From Azolla caroliniana (lineage: Eukaryota; Plantae; Polypodiophyta): DNA of 64,000 nt. Under the pieces are notes generated by a model, which saw only the letters and a program-made list of their open reading frames with translations, searched no databases and had not been told where the DNA came from. The position numbers and the translations under genes are program-made. Positions 33,058-51,045 of the stretch are shown here, piece by piece (within the stretch, counting starts at the first letter, position 1; each line of letters begins with the position of its first letter). The DNA lies in contig JBHGNT010000011.1 in assembly GCA_043228905.1 (NCBI GenBank), positions 13,020,001 through 13,084,000 of the forward strand. The letters are read 5' to 3'.

Positions 33058-35976
33058 ATAATCTTCTGTCTATGCTTTTCTTTGTCAGATATTACTGCTA
33101 CTTGAGAAGAACCTGGTTTTGAACTTGTGACGTCTGCCTGAAATAGCCAAAGCTATATCAATAATCCTCTCTGACAGAATGAATAAATGATTAACATATG
33201 CTTGAGCTAGTAGATTAACATTTTCCCTGGTATAACTACATTTCGGCATGCTACAAACAGGTAGATAATTGAAATGAACCTATAAAATGTACTCCATTGA
33301 CATATGCATTTATAAAATCTTCAGAAACCACATTTTGCCACATTGGAAATGGGAGGCATAGTTTATACTTTTACCAGATATAAAAATATATAAAACCGCT
33401 AGCATTCCAAAATCTTTGACATTATCTAAACTCGAAACTCATATACGTTTCTCTTCATAAAACTACATTCTGGTGAAATATTTTTCAGTAAACATAGAGT
33501 AAAGCAGTTTAAATTCAACTATACTGATAAAAATCTCCACCACCAACTATTACAATGTCTTTAAAAAAGAAGGTTTTTATGGGTTCAGAATAGCATCTAT
33601 GAAATTCAGCCCCACAATGTATAGATGTATACTTACACATACACAGGCATGTATCGAGATGTACATACACTCTTAGAACTTATACGAGAGGCACATTCAA
33701 ATAGATCAATACCAGAAAGTTCAACAATCGCTTCATATTTTCCAATAGAAACTTGGCCACAATAAAAGATATGTGGAATGTAACTGGTAAAGTGGTAACA
33801 ATGAAATCCTCCACATCCCCGATTTTACGTGCGAATAAAAACCCCATGTGCTTCGACAATCATAGAAGAAACCCATAAAAACTTTCACAAGAAAAAAATA
33901 AAAAGAAAAATCTGCATACAATGTTGATTATACCGTGAAATCTAGCAGAAAAAACAGACAGATCTTACAAGGAAAAAAAATTAGGAGACAAAGAAAGAGA
34001 GGAGGAGGAGGAGGAGGAGGAGGAGGAGAAAAACCTGCAAGAAGAACTCAGAAGGATTCTTCTTCGGTCTTTTCTTGATTTTCTTTCTTCTCTATATCAG
34101 CCTGCTCTGTTTCTGAGCTTGAAGAAGCAGGGGATGGATAACTCATGGGATGAGTTGAGATGAGGGCCAATATGCGCATCTATATAGACCTTTTATTACA
34201 TTTTCATGCTCAGATTCTTCACAAACCGAGGAGAAGATGAAGTAGTAACTAACCAAAAGGACCCATCTCTAGAGGTTATTACCCAACAAATGACTTTCTC
34301 CTATGTTCTTGTTGATACTGATCTTGACTCGGATCGATCCATCGACATGCCTCGCTTGGTACCCTATGATGCCCCTATATTAATTATGTACATATACTTG
34401 AGGCCTTGCCAAAGGATAAGAGAATTAGAATTACCTATAATCGGCTCCGATCCATGTTTGTGGTGCACCTTTTCTAGACCCTAGGAGTTGTGCACATCCA
34501 ATGTCCAGAGCTATCCAGGATTACATGTGATAGTAGATTACACTATATTGTTAACTTGCATATCTCGTATCTTTTTTTATTTGGCTCTTAGTTGCGCATT
34601 TTATGTGTAGTATCTATGTGTATGCTCATACATAAGCAATCCTAACATTTTTGTCCTTTACATGTCATGTATTTCTCTATTTATCTTCGGATAATGCAAT
34701 GTATTGGGTAGAGATCTCGAAGTAATGTTTGTTACCTCAAGTGATTCTTGCAATAATCGAGGCCCATTTGTTACATGATGTTTATCAAGCCTTCCTTCAT
34801 GTTTTCCATCCCTTGTATTCTATTCTAATATCTCTTTATGTTGTTCAATGATACTAAAGTCACTAGAGATAGTAAAGCAACCTTCTTGATTGTCTGATCA
34901 TATATATCCTTGAAGGTATTTGTAGAAATATTCATTCATTATTTCTCAACAAATGGGATGTGGAGTAGGGGATTGTAATCAAGTCATGGTTGTATTAGTA
35001 TATTGAATAACTTAAGATCAAAATCTTGCAAAAAAGTGACCATCCATTGCAAAGTAACAATTCATAGTAGTTAACAAGAATGTTATTTCTTGTTTTTTGG
35101 CTTAATACATTAGATAAGTTGACTGTCGCTTTCATTTTACTTAAAGCAAACCCACACTACAAAGGTCGGTGATAAGGCGATGAGATAACTCATACTTAAG
35201 TCTTAAATAGTCTTTGACTCGAGAACTTGTGATAAGGCGACGAGACAACTTGGCATTTATCATCACAAAAGGTGTGAGGTGAAGATACAATAATGGATGC
35301 AACTGAGGCATAGGAAAACATAGATGGATGACTCTACGAACCTTTTTTTCTTGACATAGGCCAAATTCCGATGAGAATCCCTACATCTGAAGGTTTTTAC
35401 CTGCAGACTTCAGCGATATGAACATTGCACAAACCAAATGAAAAATCGGGCTTTTATGTGTAAAACGGATACCGCCAAGTATGGCTCGTCTCTTCGACCC
35501 TTGCGTTTCTTTGTTGACATAAGCCAAATTCTGATGAGAAACGCTACATCTCAAGTTTCGAGCCCCTCTCAGTGATACGAAGATCGGAACAACCTGACCG
35601 AATCGGGCTTTCATTGTGTGAAATGGTTACGGTCAAGTATGAAATACGACCGGCCGGATGTATACCACCCACTGCCCGCCCATTGAGAAGGCTAGAAGCA
35701 ACTTGTGATTGAAGAAGAAACAAGGTGTGGGCTACCTGATCCTCTTCATTCAGGTGCCATGCTAAGGTTTACATGATTTTTGTTTGGATCCTCTCAGACT
35801 AAGTAACTTGAATTCATTACAGACATAGAATCATACCCATTTCTATGGTGAATCTTTGAGGAGACCCCAGGGATGTGATTCACACAGAGGATGGGGGTTT
35901 CCTTCCATGTAGCCATCATCATGGAGGAGCCCTCATTAAGAAATTTAATCAGGTAAGCGTCACCTTTTCTCAGGAT

Positions 35977-38900
35977 ATGGAAGAGACCCTCGTAGGATGC
36001 CCTTTCCCTGATGTGCCTCAGTTAGTATGCAATTTACAACAGTGTAGGCAACAGAAAGACATCATACACGCCCAAAAGATGCATGTTCTCATGTGTAGTT
36101 ATGGCCTAGAAACTCATTATGAGGTTGGAAATCATCTCTTGCCGGCACTTATTGAATGTGGTGATATGGTTTCGGGTCATCGACTTTTCCTTCGGTTGGA
36201 TCATAGAAAAGAGTATAGTTGGACGTCAATGTTGCAAGGATATGTTGATTATGGTAAGCCTCAAGCTGCCATTGATATGTTTAAATGTATGCAAAATGAT
36301 GAGTGTGTGAGACCAACTGCTTACACATTCCAAACTTTGATAAAAGCTTGTGCTCAGGAAATGTCAGTGAACGAAGGCCTATTAATTCATTGTAAGGTTG
36401 TTGAAGAAGGGTTTGAATCAGATCTTTTTGTGGGTAGTACTTTAGTGGATATGTATGCTAAAGTTGGATTCGTTGATGAATCTCAAGATGTTTTTGATGA
36501 CTTTGATGCCAAAAATATTGTCTCATGGAATGCACTTATTACAGGTTATGCACGGTCAGGTATTTACGAGAAAGTTTTAGAATTTTTAGAGAAGATGCAA
36601 CTTGATGGTGTATGTCCCAATGCAATCACATTTGTTTGTGCCTTAAAGTATAGTCATTCATTAAGATATGGCCAAGAAGTACATCTTATAGTTGTTAGAG
36701 AGGGGTTTGAAAACAACACTTTAGTTGGAAATACACTAGTTGATTTCTACCTAAAGCATGGTTTGCTTGCAGAAGCACTAGAAATATTCGATGAGCTTCC
36801 GTCCCGGGATGTGGTGGCATGGACTACTCTAATGGCAGGTTATGCTGAGCATGGACTCGAGGAGGAGTCTTTACTTTGTTTACATAAAATGCGAATCGAA
36901 GGCATTTCTCCTAATGAAATTTCACTTGCTTGTAGCTTGAAAGCATGTAGCAACATAGAAAATGGTCACGAAATACACTCACAGATTGTTTTGCATGCTT
37001 TTGACAGAGATGTCTTCATTGCAAATTCATTAGTTGTTATGTATGCGAAATGTGGCTTGCTTGCTGAAGCACAAGTATTGTTCGATGAACTACATGTTCA
37101 GAGTGGTGTTTCATGGGCTGCTCTTGCCGAAGGCTATGCTAATCATAGTTTTACTGAAGAAGCAGTCAAGTGTTTAGAGCAAATGCTATTAAAGAACTTG
37201 GCTTTAGATGCTGCAGTGTTAGTTTGCAGCTTGAAAGTTTGTGGCATTGTAGGTTCTACATATTTGGCCCTAACGTTTCATTGCGAGATTGTTAAAGAGG
37301 GTTTCGAAGCAGATATATGTGTGATGAGCACTATGATAGATCAATATTCAAAACATGGGTTACTCCTTGAAGCAAAAGAAACATTCTTTGAGCTTCCGGT
37401 GCGAGACATCATCGCATGGACAGCACTTATCTCAGGGTATGCTGAGCATGGGTTAGGAGAAGAAGCACTCACATATTGGGATCAAATGCTAGTAGATGGT
37501 ATGGCTGGAAATGTGCTTGCATATGTCTGTCTATTGAAAGCATGTGCCATTGCCACAACACAGTTAAGAGGCCAGAATTCCCATTCTGAAATTTGCAAAA
37601 AGGGGTTAGAAACTGATCCAAGTGTATGCGTCAATCTCATAGACATGTATGTGAAATGTGGCTGTCTTGAAGAAGCACAGAATGTATTTGATCGCCTTCA
37701 AAACCGAGATGTAGTAGCATGGAATACACTGATAACAGGGTATGTGGAACATGGACTTCTTAAGGAAGCATTTTTTTGCTTTGAGCAGATGAAAATGATG
37801 GGCATATCACTGAATGCAGTCACTTTTCTCTGTATGTTGAAGACTTGCAATGATGTAAATCAAATCACCTGGGGCAGAGACATACACACTGATATAGCCA
37901 AAGGTGGATTTGAAGGAGATTCAGCTATTGGCAATGCATTGGTATCAATGTATGCTAAATGTGGCATGCTTGTAGAAGCACTTGAAGTATTTGATAAATT
38001 GGCCGAACAAACCACTGTATCATGGACAACAATAATAGCTGGGTACGTCAAGTTAGGTTTCCATGAGAAAGCACTGAGATGCCTTGAGCAGATGAAGCAC
38101 CAAGGCATTCTAATAGATGATGTTACCTTTCTATGTGGCTTGAGAGCTTGTGCCAATACAAATGCATTCTATGATGGGTTGGCTATACATGCTCAAATTG
38201 TTGAAGAGGGTTTTGATGGGCATACTCCTGTCTGTGACACTCTTGTAGATATGTATGCAAGTTGTGGCTTATTTATTGAAGCGTTGGATGTGTTCAGTGA
38301 ACTAAAATTCAGAAGCAATACTTCGTGGACAGCGCTTATTGTAGGCTATGTAGAACATGGTGTTCATGAAGAGGCACTAAAATGCTTTGACCAAATGAGG
38401 CAAGAAGCTATCTTGCCAAATGACATCACTTATCTTTATACCTTGAAGGCTTGTGGTAGTGTTGGGGCCTTATGTAAGCTTTTTGAAATACACATGGAAA
38501 TCATGTGGAGAGGATTCGATCATGACCCGTACATTCCAAATGCTTTGGTTGATTGGTATGCAAAGTGTGGTGCATTATCTGAAGCATCACAAACATTCGA
38601 GAGATTGTGTGATAAAAGCACGGTCTCTTGGAATGCATTGATATTAGGGTATTCATCTCAAGGAAATTCTAAAGAGGTTTTCTCTTTGCTTGAGAGGATG
38701 GAACATGAAGGCCTAGAAGCAAATGATATTACATTTCTTGGTGTCCTTAATGTATGTAGTCATGAAGGAAAAGTGATGCAAGGTCACAAATGTTTCAAAT
38801 TTATGAGTTTAGATCGTTTCGTAAACCTAAGCATCGAGCACTATAATTGTACAATAGACCTTTTAGGTCGTGCTGGCCAGCTAAATGAGGCATTTGAAAT

Positions 38901-39027
38901 AATGGAAGCGATGCCATTTGATTTGGATTCAGTCATGCTAAATACAATGCTCAATGCTTGTCAGAAATGGGGTGATATGAGACTTGCCAATCGGGCTTCT
39001 GAGAATGCAAAGATGTTGAAGAGGTGA
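35977..39027 (+). CDS. PLS-class pentatricopeptide repeat protein with a partial E domain and no DYW (start codon uncertain; the open frame extends up to 35875)
   Basis: Repeated VSWNALI.GY / TF..LKAC / .LVDMYAKCG triplets. C-terminal EHYNCTIDLLGRAGQLNEA..MPF..ACQKWG. Confidence 0.93.
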   Translation: MEETLVGCPFPDVPQLVCNLQQCRQQKDIIHAQKMHVLMCSYGLETHYEVGNHLLPALIECGDMVSGHRLFLRLDHRKEYSWTSMLQGYVDYGKPQAAIDMFKCMQNDECVRPTAYTFQTLIKACAQEMSVNEGLLIHCKVVEEGFESDLFVGSTLVDMYAKVGFVDESQDVFDDFDAKNIVSWNALITGYARSGIYEKVLEFLEKMQLDGVCPNAITFVCALKYSHSLRYGQEVHLIVVREGFENNTLVGNTLVDFYLKHGLLAEALEIFDELPSRDVVAWTTLMAGYAEHGLEEESLLCLHKMRIEGISPNEISLACSLKACSNIENGHEIHSQIVLHAFDRDVFIANSLVVMYAKCGLLAEAQVLFDELHVQSGVSWAALAEGYANHSFTEEAVKCLEQMLLKNLALDAAVLVCSLKVCGIVGSTYLALTFHCEIVKEGFEADICVMSTMIDQYSKHGLLLEAKETFFELPVRDIIAWTALISGYAEHGLGEEALTYWDQMLVDGMAGNVLAYVCLLKACAIATTQLRGQNSHSEICKKGLETDPSVCVNLIDMYVKCGCLEEAQNVFDRLQNRDVVAWNTLITGYVEHGLLKEAFFCFEQMKMMGISLNAVTFLCMLKTCNDVNQITWGRDIHTDIAKGGFEGDSAIGNALVSMYAKCGMLVEALEVFDKLAEQTTVSWTTIIAGYVKLGFHEKALRCLEQMKHQGILIDDVTFLCGLRACANTNAFYDGLAIHAQIVEEGFDGHTPVCDTLVDMYASCGLFIEALDVFSELKFRSNTSWTALIVGYVEHGVHEEALKCFDQMRQEAILPNDITYLYTLKACGSVGALCKLFEIHMEIMWRGFDHDPYIPNALVDWYAKCGALSEASQTFERLCDKSTVSWNALILGYSSQGNSKEVFSLLERMEHEGLEANDITFLGVLNVCSHEGKVMQGHKCFKFMSLDRFVNLSIEHYNCTIDLLGRAGQLNEAFEIMEAMPFDLDSVMLNTMLNACQKWGDMRLANRASENAKMLKR

Positions 39028-39199
39028 GAAGCATAACACGTTCTTTATCCATCAGTCGCATGATATGCTAGGCATGTTAATTCTATAGAAGCTATAGTTC
39101 AACTCTTGCCTCTGATCTTGGATGCTGTGATTGACAATAGAAGTCAGAAACAACCTCAATATCTTATACTTCTATATCCGCAAAAGAGACTAACTTTGC

Positions 39200-39790
39200 T
39201 TCTTTTCTAGATGATTTATGCTTCCTCAAGATAGAATATGACCACAAAAGAGGCCAACTTCAGTCCTTTCTCTGATGATCTATAATTGTTGAGATGGAAT
39301 ATATTATATAACCACAAAAGAGAAACTGTGGTCCTCATCCTGATGAACTATGCTTGTTGAGATGGAATACGACTGCAAGAGAGATGATGAGCTTTGGTTG
39401 TCTTCCCAATGATCTATACTTTTTTATTCGGAAAATGACCTCAGAAGAATGGATGTTTCATCCGCTTCCCGATGATCTTTTCCTTTTTGAGATGGAATAT
39501 GATCCCAAGAGAGGCGATTTAGTCCTTACTCATTGTGATGATCTATACTTGTTTGGATCAAATATAACCATAAAATAGACAAAATTTGGAACTCTTCCTG
39601 ATGATCTATGCTTGTTATATGGAATATGACTGCAAAAGAGGGCAAAAGAGATGAACTTTGGTCCTCTTTTGGATGATCTATACTTCCTGAAATAGGAAAT
39701 TTGGACTTTGATGATGTAGATATACTTCTTTAATTGAACAAATGTGACCTCAAAGTGAGGAACTTTGGCTCTATACCTATTTCCTGAAGA
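39200..39790 (+). repeat. Degenerate ~64-bp tandem repeat (about 8-9 copies)
   Basis: tgatgatctatacttgttgagatggaatatgacc..aaagag recurs at ~39275, 39343, 39409, 39472, 39538, 39601 and 39673. Confidence 0.8.
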
Positions 39791-40848
39791 CTGTTTATTC
39801 TACAATATAAAAGATAGTACAACATAGGAAGTGTTTGCATTGAACACATCTAAAATTTTTAATTATCATCTTCGCTGGACCATTTTTGTTTCATCATTTG
39901 TAGTCATCGTCGCATCTGTTGGATTCACCATTTTATGAGTAATGATCTGTCTCTATGTGTCTGATTCAAAGTTCTCTATGAGATCTTTGTTGGTGGTGAA
40001 AGTTATTCTTCATGATAATGCTGTTAGCTTGGTGAAAGTTCAAATCTCGATGCAAATATGGCACGAATGGTAGCACTGTTATGATTGTAGCGAGAAGATA
40101 TTTCCATCGAAAGGAAATGAATCGAACCTTGTAATTTCATGCACATAAGATTGAACAAAACATTACGTTATCTAATTTTCTATTAGAGCCATGAATTAGT
40201 GTGCGATTGAAATCCATCTATTTGCATATCAATCACTTGTTCGGGATTTAATCGATCTTTATATAATACAGCAAATAATGTCTTTAAGGCTTGGTTTGTT
40301 CGGAATAATGTAGGATCACGTAGAAGCAATAAGCAATTCACACGACGAATAAAACACACAGAAATGTTGAAGTAAACCACTGAAAATAAATCAAAACTCT
40401 TTTAAAACATACGAGGGATGGGGCTTGCAGTCGGTGGGCATAGAAACATGCATCTGAGATGCATATAAACCTCGGATAAAGCTCATGGGCCTTGGAGATA
40501 TGGCTGTATGAAGAACCTTTGTGAACTGTTGACTACGAATCGATTGTGGCCCATGGAAATCTACTGGGCGTTGGTCTGAAGCGACATCTGAAATGTAAGG
40601 AAAAAGTCGTTGTATTTCGATGAAGGGATCAATGAGTTAGACAATGACACCATAGACCGGACAATCCCCAAGCTTAATTAATCTAATAATCAAAATCGCC
40701 CATCAAAATAAGTTCCTTACTACTTTCAAAATGTCTGCCTGCCTTTTGTTGAAATGGGTTTTCTCTTATTTATGTAGTTTTCTTCTCCCCAGAGACCAAA
40801 CGTGAATGAAATCGAAGAAGAACGAAGCAAGAAGACGGAAGAAAGAAG

Positions 40849-43800
40849 ATGCCAATCGCTATGCAGATCGTTCGTGTATCATTCGCTCTGTTTCTCGTGG
40901 CTGTGGCTATGGCTTCTTCTTGCTCTTGCAGAAAACATTCTGTTTTGCAAGATGGCAGAGAAATGATCGAACTCGGCGACACTGATGAGGTCATTTGGGC
41001 AGTTCAAATATCTGACCTTCATATAAGTTCCTATCACATGGATCGATCTATCTCATTGCAGAAGCTTATGGGCCCTCTCCTCAATTTCATCAATCCTTCT
41101 CTGGTTCTTATTACAGGGGACCTTACAGGTTTTGAATTCCTTTAATTTTGTTTTGTTCTTTACATTCAATGGGTGCCATGTTTCGATTTTTGGAATAAAT
41201 AAGTGAAATTCTCTCTTTTGCGTTCTTGCACTTTACAGTAAATCCTTCTTTTGGGTTATTATATATGATATTATGTAATCATCCATCAATGGAGTGAGTT
41301 AGGCTATGCCCATTACCTCATGGAAGGGCATTTGGTGAGCAGTAAATCTTGTTTGGCTATGACTTGGAGATACTACCTAAGCATCGATGGCTATTTCTGG
41401 ACATATGGCTACTCCTATACATAGGCTTCTCCATGTAATCATGAAGTCAATTGAAGCCAGAGATATGTCCATTAGCTCATGGATGGCCATTTTCGTTGGC
41501 CATGTTACAATCTGAACATACTGCATAGGTCTCACTGGCTATTTTTGGACACAGAACTAGGTTTAATCTCTTTATATAGGGTTCCCATGTAGTCAATTCG
41601 GGTCAGAGACATGGCCATTAGCTGATGGTCATTTTTGCTGATCATAATTTAGTATTAATAGCTATGATTTGACCATTTTTTAAATTGTTTATTTTTTTTG
41701 AAATTCTTCATGCTATTTCCCCTCTCTATTGTAACCAGGGTATGGATCTTTCTTGAAGACGCAGCAGAGTAGAACTATGTTGCTTCTATCCCAAAATAGT
41801 CTTATAATTCAAATAAATAAATATAAATCATGTTTAGATTGTGGGAACATTTTATTCAAACGTTCTACATATGAAACTTTTAGCTTTTTGTAAAATTATG
41901 ATGTAGAGATGCTTAAGATCCTTACAGTGTGGCGAAACCTCAGATGCAAAAAGCAAAGACCGTCTAAGCCGAAGACAAGATGAAGCTGAGTGGGTTGAGT
42001 ATAGGCAAACTATGCATAAAGTGATGGAAGAAAGCAGACTTCCATCTTATGTGTTCTATGATCTACGTGGTAATCATGACAAATTTGGTGTGCCAAAGGC
42101 CGGAAGCAGTTTGGATTACTTCTCCAAGTATAGCATTAGCTCATTAAGAAATAGAACTAATGCCATCCAGAGTGTCACTTTGACGGTAAACTCTAGTTTT
42201 ATCATTTATCTCCACATGAATCTATCTTTAATATTGAGTGTAAAAAGTAATAATGAATTTTGTATGGCCTCGTGAACACAAGGAGAGTGCTCAAGAAGGT
42301 TCAACCTAGTATAGTTTTATGAGAATTTTTTCTCTAGTATATATATATATATATATCATTACAGTTGTTGATGTGCAATTAATCTCCAGTTTTTGTCTGA
42401 TCATGTTTAGAACGGAGGCTGGAAGCACTTGTTTTTGGGAGTGGATACTTCCATGGATGTTGGTTTAAGAGGGCCTTGTCATCTATTTGGCCATCCAACT
42501 GATGAACTACTTACAAAGATAGATTCGGAGTTGAGCCAGTGGGATAGCCATAGTGCTCAGAAGGTTACAAAGGTTGTGTTCGGACACTATCCAATGTCGT
42601 TCACTGCAAGTACTCTGAAAAAAGAGAGATTGGAACCGTTACTTGCAAAACACTCTATCTCAGCTTATATCTGTGGTCATTTGCATACGATTTTTGGACG
42701 AAATCTTGTTAAGCATCATGTTTATCCACATTCAAAGTTGACATCACGAGATGGAGAATTCTGGGAATGGGAAATGGGAGATTGGAGAACCTCCAGAATG
42801 ATTCGTGTAATTGCAATTGACCAGGGCCACACATCTTATTCAGATTTTGATCTTTCAAACCTCAATGGCTCTCATGAAGATAGCAAAACATGGCTTCCAA
42901 CTCTTGTGATTCCAACCTACCCTCTAGATTCACAAAAGATGAATCACTTGAGGCCACCTAGTTCATCCTTAACACTGAATTCTATTCGGGCTTTAGTTCT
43001 TTCTAATCAGCCCCTAATTTCAGTTACTGCCAGAATGTTCGATACATTAAATGGTGAAATGCTACTTTTGGAAGAGATGAACATGCATGTATTATCCAAG
43101 GCTGGTGAAACTGCCTATATGTATGTTTCGGAGTGGAATGGTGGTAAGTATATCGATCCATCTGGAACACGATATGCATACCAAATTTCAGTTGTGGATT
43201 CATCAGGCATATATACCAATAGCAGTTTGAGGCCATTTTCTATCAATCAGAGAGTCGGTGAATTAAAGAAAACATGGAAAGAGTTCATTGTAATGGACAT
43301 TGTATTCGAGCATGCATACATCTTCCTCTTATGTTTAGCCTTTACAATCCTATTCGTCTTTTTCATCTTCCCAAAGGCTATCTTCCATTTCCTCAAGAAC
43401 GGAAACTATAATCGATGGATGTTTTCTCTATTCCAAGGACAACTAACTGCTCGTAAAGCCATTGGATTATTCATATGGTTTTTCGTACAAGGATGTGCTA
43501 ACAATGCAGTGTGGTGTGTACAACTAATGGCTATAGTATGGATGATCTTCTTCCCTTGGTTTTGGGGTGAAGTGCTTCCAGAAGGACATCCGAAAGGATC
43601 CATGTCCATTTGGGGTTGGACCATCCATTTGGGCGGACAGTTTACTCCTCAATCTGGTCTAGGTTGGCCAGATCTGATGGTGGTAGTTCTTCCATATCTC
43701 TTCTTTGTTATTCTCCCCTTGTATACCGTCATCTTTGCATTATCAGCTGAAGCTGCTGTTCGCAAATTCTATCAAAGAGATGCGCGTGAATATAAGAAAA

Positions 43801-44247
43801 GAGAAAAAAATGGCAATGTTGATGATGATGATGAAAGGAAGAATCTCATGTTACTTGACGATGTTTTAGGTGGCAAGAGACACCCACCCATTGGTGGCTC
43901 GATCAAAGTTCGATTAGAGAATGACCAGAAGATTACAAGTGGCAACAGGATTCACATGCTTCTACTGGCATTGTGTGCATTAATTGCACTTATACACTTT
44001 AGGGTAAAAATAATTTGTCACCTTTTTTCATGCTCGATAATTTGTTCTTATTTGCTACGTTATTGTTTGTTTTTAAGATAAATATATACATAATAGTGTT
44101 TTTCTTTGTGTTTTGCAGCAAGTTCGTGCACTTGTAGGTGCACATGGTGCTCTGATAGTCCTGGCTTCACCAGGTTTTGCATGGCTTGTGCCGGTCTTGA
44201 TGATTACTTCAATTCTCCAATATTCAATATGTAGAAAGGAGGCATAA
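40849..44247 (+). CDS. Calcineurin-like metallophosphoesterase with C-terminal TM segments (TMEM62/At3g03305-like); exons 40849-41128, 41944-42185, 42411-44003, 44119-44247
   Basis: Signal-peptide-like N-terminus; motifs SDLH, TGDLTD, RGNHD, GHYP and CGHLH; WEWEMGDW; GT-AG junctions in phase. Confidence 0.9.
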
Positions 44248-46102
44248 AATTCAGAGTTTCTCATGCCTCTTCGCATTGCTATGTTTGCCTTTGACATTGT
44301 AATATTCGGGTTGTAGAAAGCACATTTACATTGCAATCTAATCAATACACTCTGCGGATCAGATGTTAGACCCCATTTATGGACACAAAGGTGTGTTCTA
44401 CTGTAATCGATCAATTCCATGGTTATTTCGAGCATGTGAAATGAGGCACATGAGCAAGGTGAATTTGCATAGAGAAATTTCTTAATTAAACCATAATCTA
44501 TTCCTTGACAATTGAATTTGCCTATGTATCATGTAAGAATCAGATGTAACTGCACTTAAACTGGACATATCTTGGCAATCTTGACGCATTAGGTTGCAAT
44601 ATTTACTAAGGCTTGGAGAAAAACGTACAAGATTTTATGATGTTATTGCTCCTATGTATCCCTCATGACAGGTTCCTTGATCACTAGTTATATTATGATG
44701 TATTGGTCCCAAAATCGACCACATTTAGCTTCTTTTTTCAATCTGCAATGCAACCAATGATCAATAAATTGTTGATTCAATCTGATTTGCATGTTGGCAC
44801 TTCACTCTCAATTGTTGAGTTTGAATTAATGGGGGATCAAACACTTGGATTATATGTCTCTCCTCTTTTTCATAATTGTTTGTCTAGTCACTAGTGGTAA
44901 CCTATCAGGCTTAGAACCCAAACGTTGTATATTCAAATAATTTGTTACCTTAACATCTATTTGTGGCAATTAATTTAAAGATGGAAAAGAAGTGTGGATT
45001 AAGGTGCTTAACCACACCAACCACACTTGAGCAAAGGACCAGAGATGAATACAAGATCCTATTGATGTCCCATAGCATCCAATATGGCCTTGTGGTGTAC
45101 CTTGAAATTTAGCCAACGATGGATTTGAAATATGACAACTTTGCCTTAATAATATTGTCTCAACAACATCTATGAGATGCTTTGTAGAAGGGGATAGGTA
45201 GTCCCCTTTATATAGTTGAATTCCTTCGGTTCTCAAAATTGTTTCTACATGATATGTTCTTATAGGTTCTCCCAAGTCCTAGCATAACCAATTACTCTCT
45301 TATCCTACACCTTAAATTCATCAAAATGAACTATTAGACACTTCTCCTACTCTACATGAGATGCCAATTTATCCAATTAGTGTTCTCATGGTCTGCACTA
45401 ATCTATTGACACGACCATCTCAACTATAGTTTGATTGGCGTATCTTTGTGTAAAACTCATATGAACATTGCATAATTTGATTCAATAAGATCCTCAAGTG
45501 TCATGGCTTCATACTTGAGATAAGGGGCATCTGATTTTATATTTCAATAGTGGTTCGTAATTAGAGTTTGGCGAGATCTGAGGTTCGAAAAGTGGGCAGC
45601 TAGACAGATGTCGGGGTCTGAAACGCCAACAGATGGGCAAGCAGTCGAGCCCATCTGTTCGCAATTAGTTTACCCTAGTAAAATAAGTTGTTAGACTAGA
45701 AGTCTCTATATTATGGACAATTGTCTTGGTTTCGAAACCCAATTATCTCACCTCTCTAGTAGATGTATGTACTCCATACATAATATCTCTTAATTGATTT
45801 ATTAGATAGCCAGTGCGGAATGTAGGGCTTGAACCCATGACCTCTCTCTCTCTCTCTCTCTCTCTCTCTACCCATCCTTCATACATATTCTCTGTGTCTC
45901 TTTCTCTATCTTTTCTTGGATGATTGATGATAATGATGATGGGGTACACTTCTCTTTCTTGTTATCCTTAAGAAAAGGCTGAATCAAAACCCTAATTGTG
46001 TCTGTGTCTGTGTCAGGTTTCGCCTTTGTAGCTCCTGATTGCCATCATCCCCCTCCCTTTCCTTCCCTTTTATCCTTCCCCTTGCGCACCCTCCGTGTGG
46101 CC

Positions 46103-51045
<4,943 letters not shown>

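Noticed and set aside
35531-35550. CTGATGAGAAAC as a third hammerhead core
   Set aside because: There is no stem II between CUGAUGA and GAAA, and no stem I or III pairing.
45805-45845. Minus-strand GGTTCAAGCCC resembling a tRNA T-loop/B-box
   Set aside because: No cloverleaf or A-box could be built; at most a SINE-like scrap.
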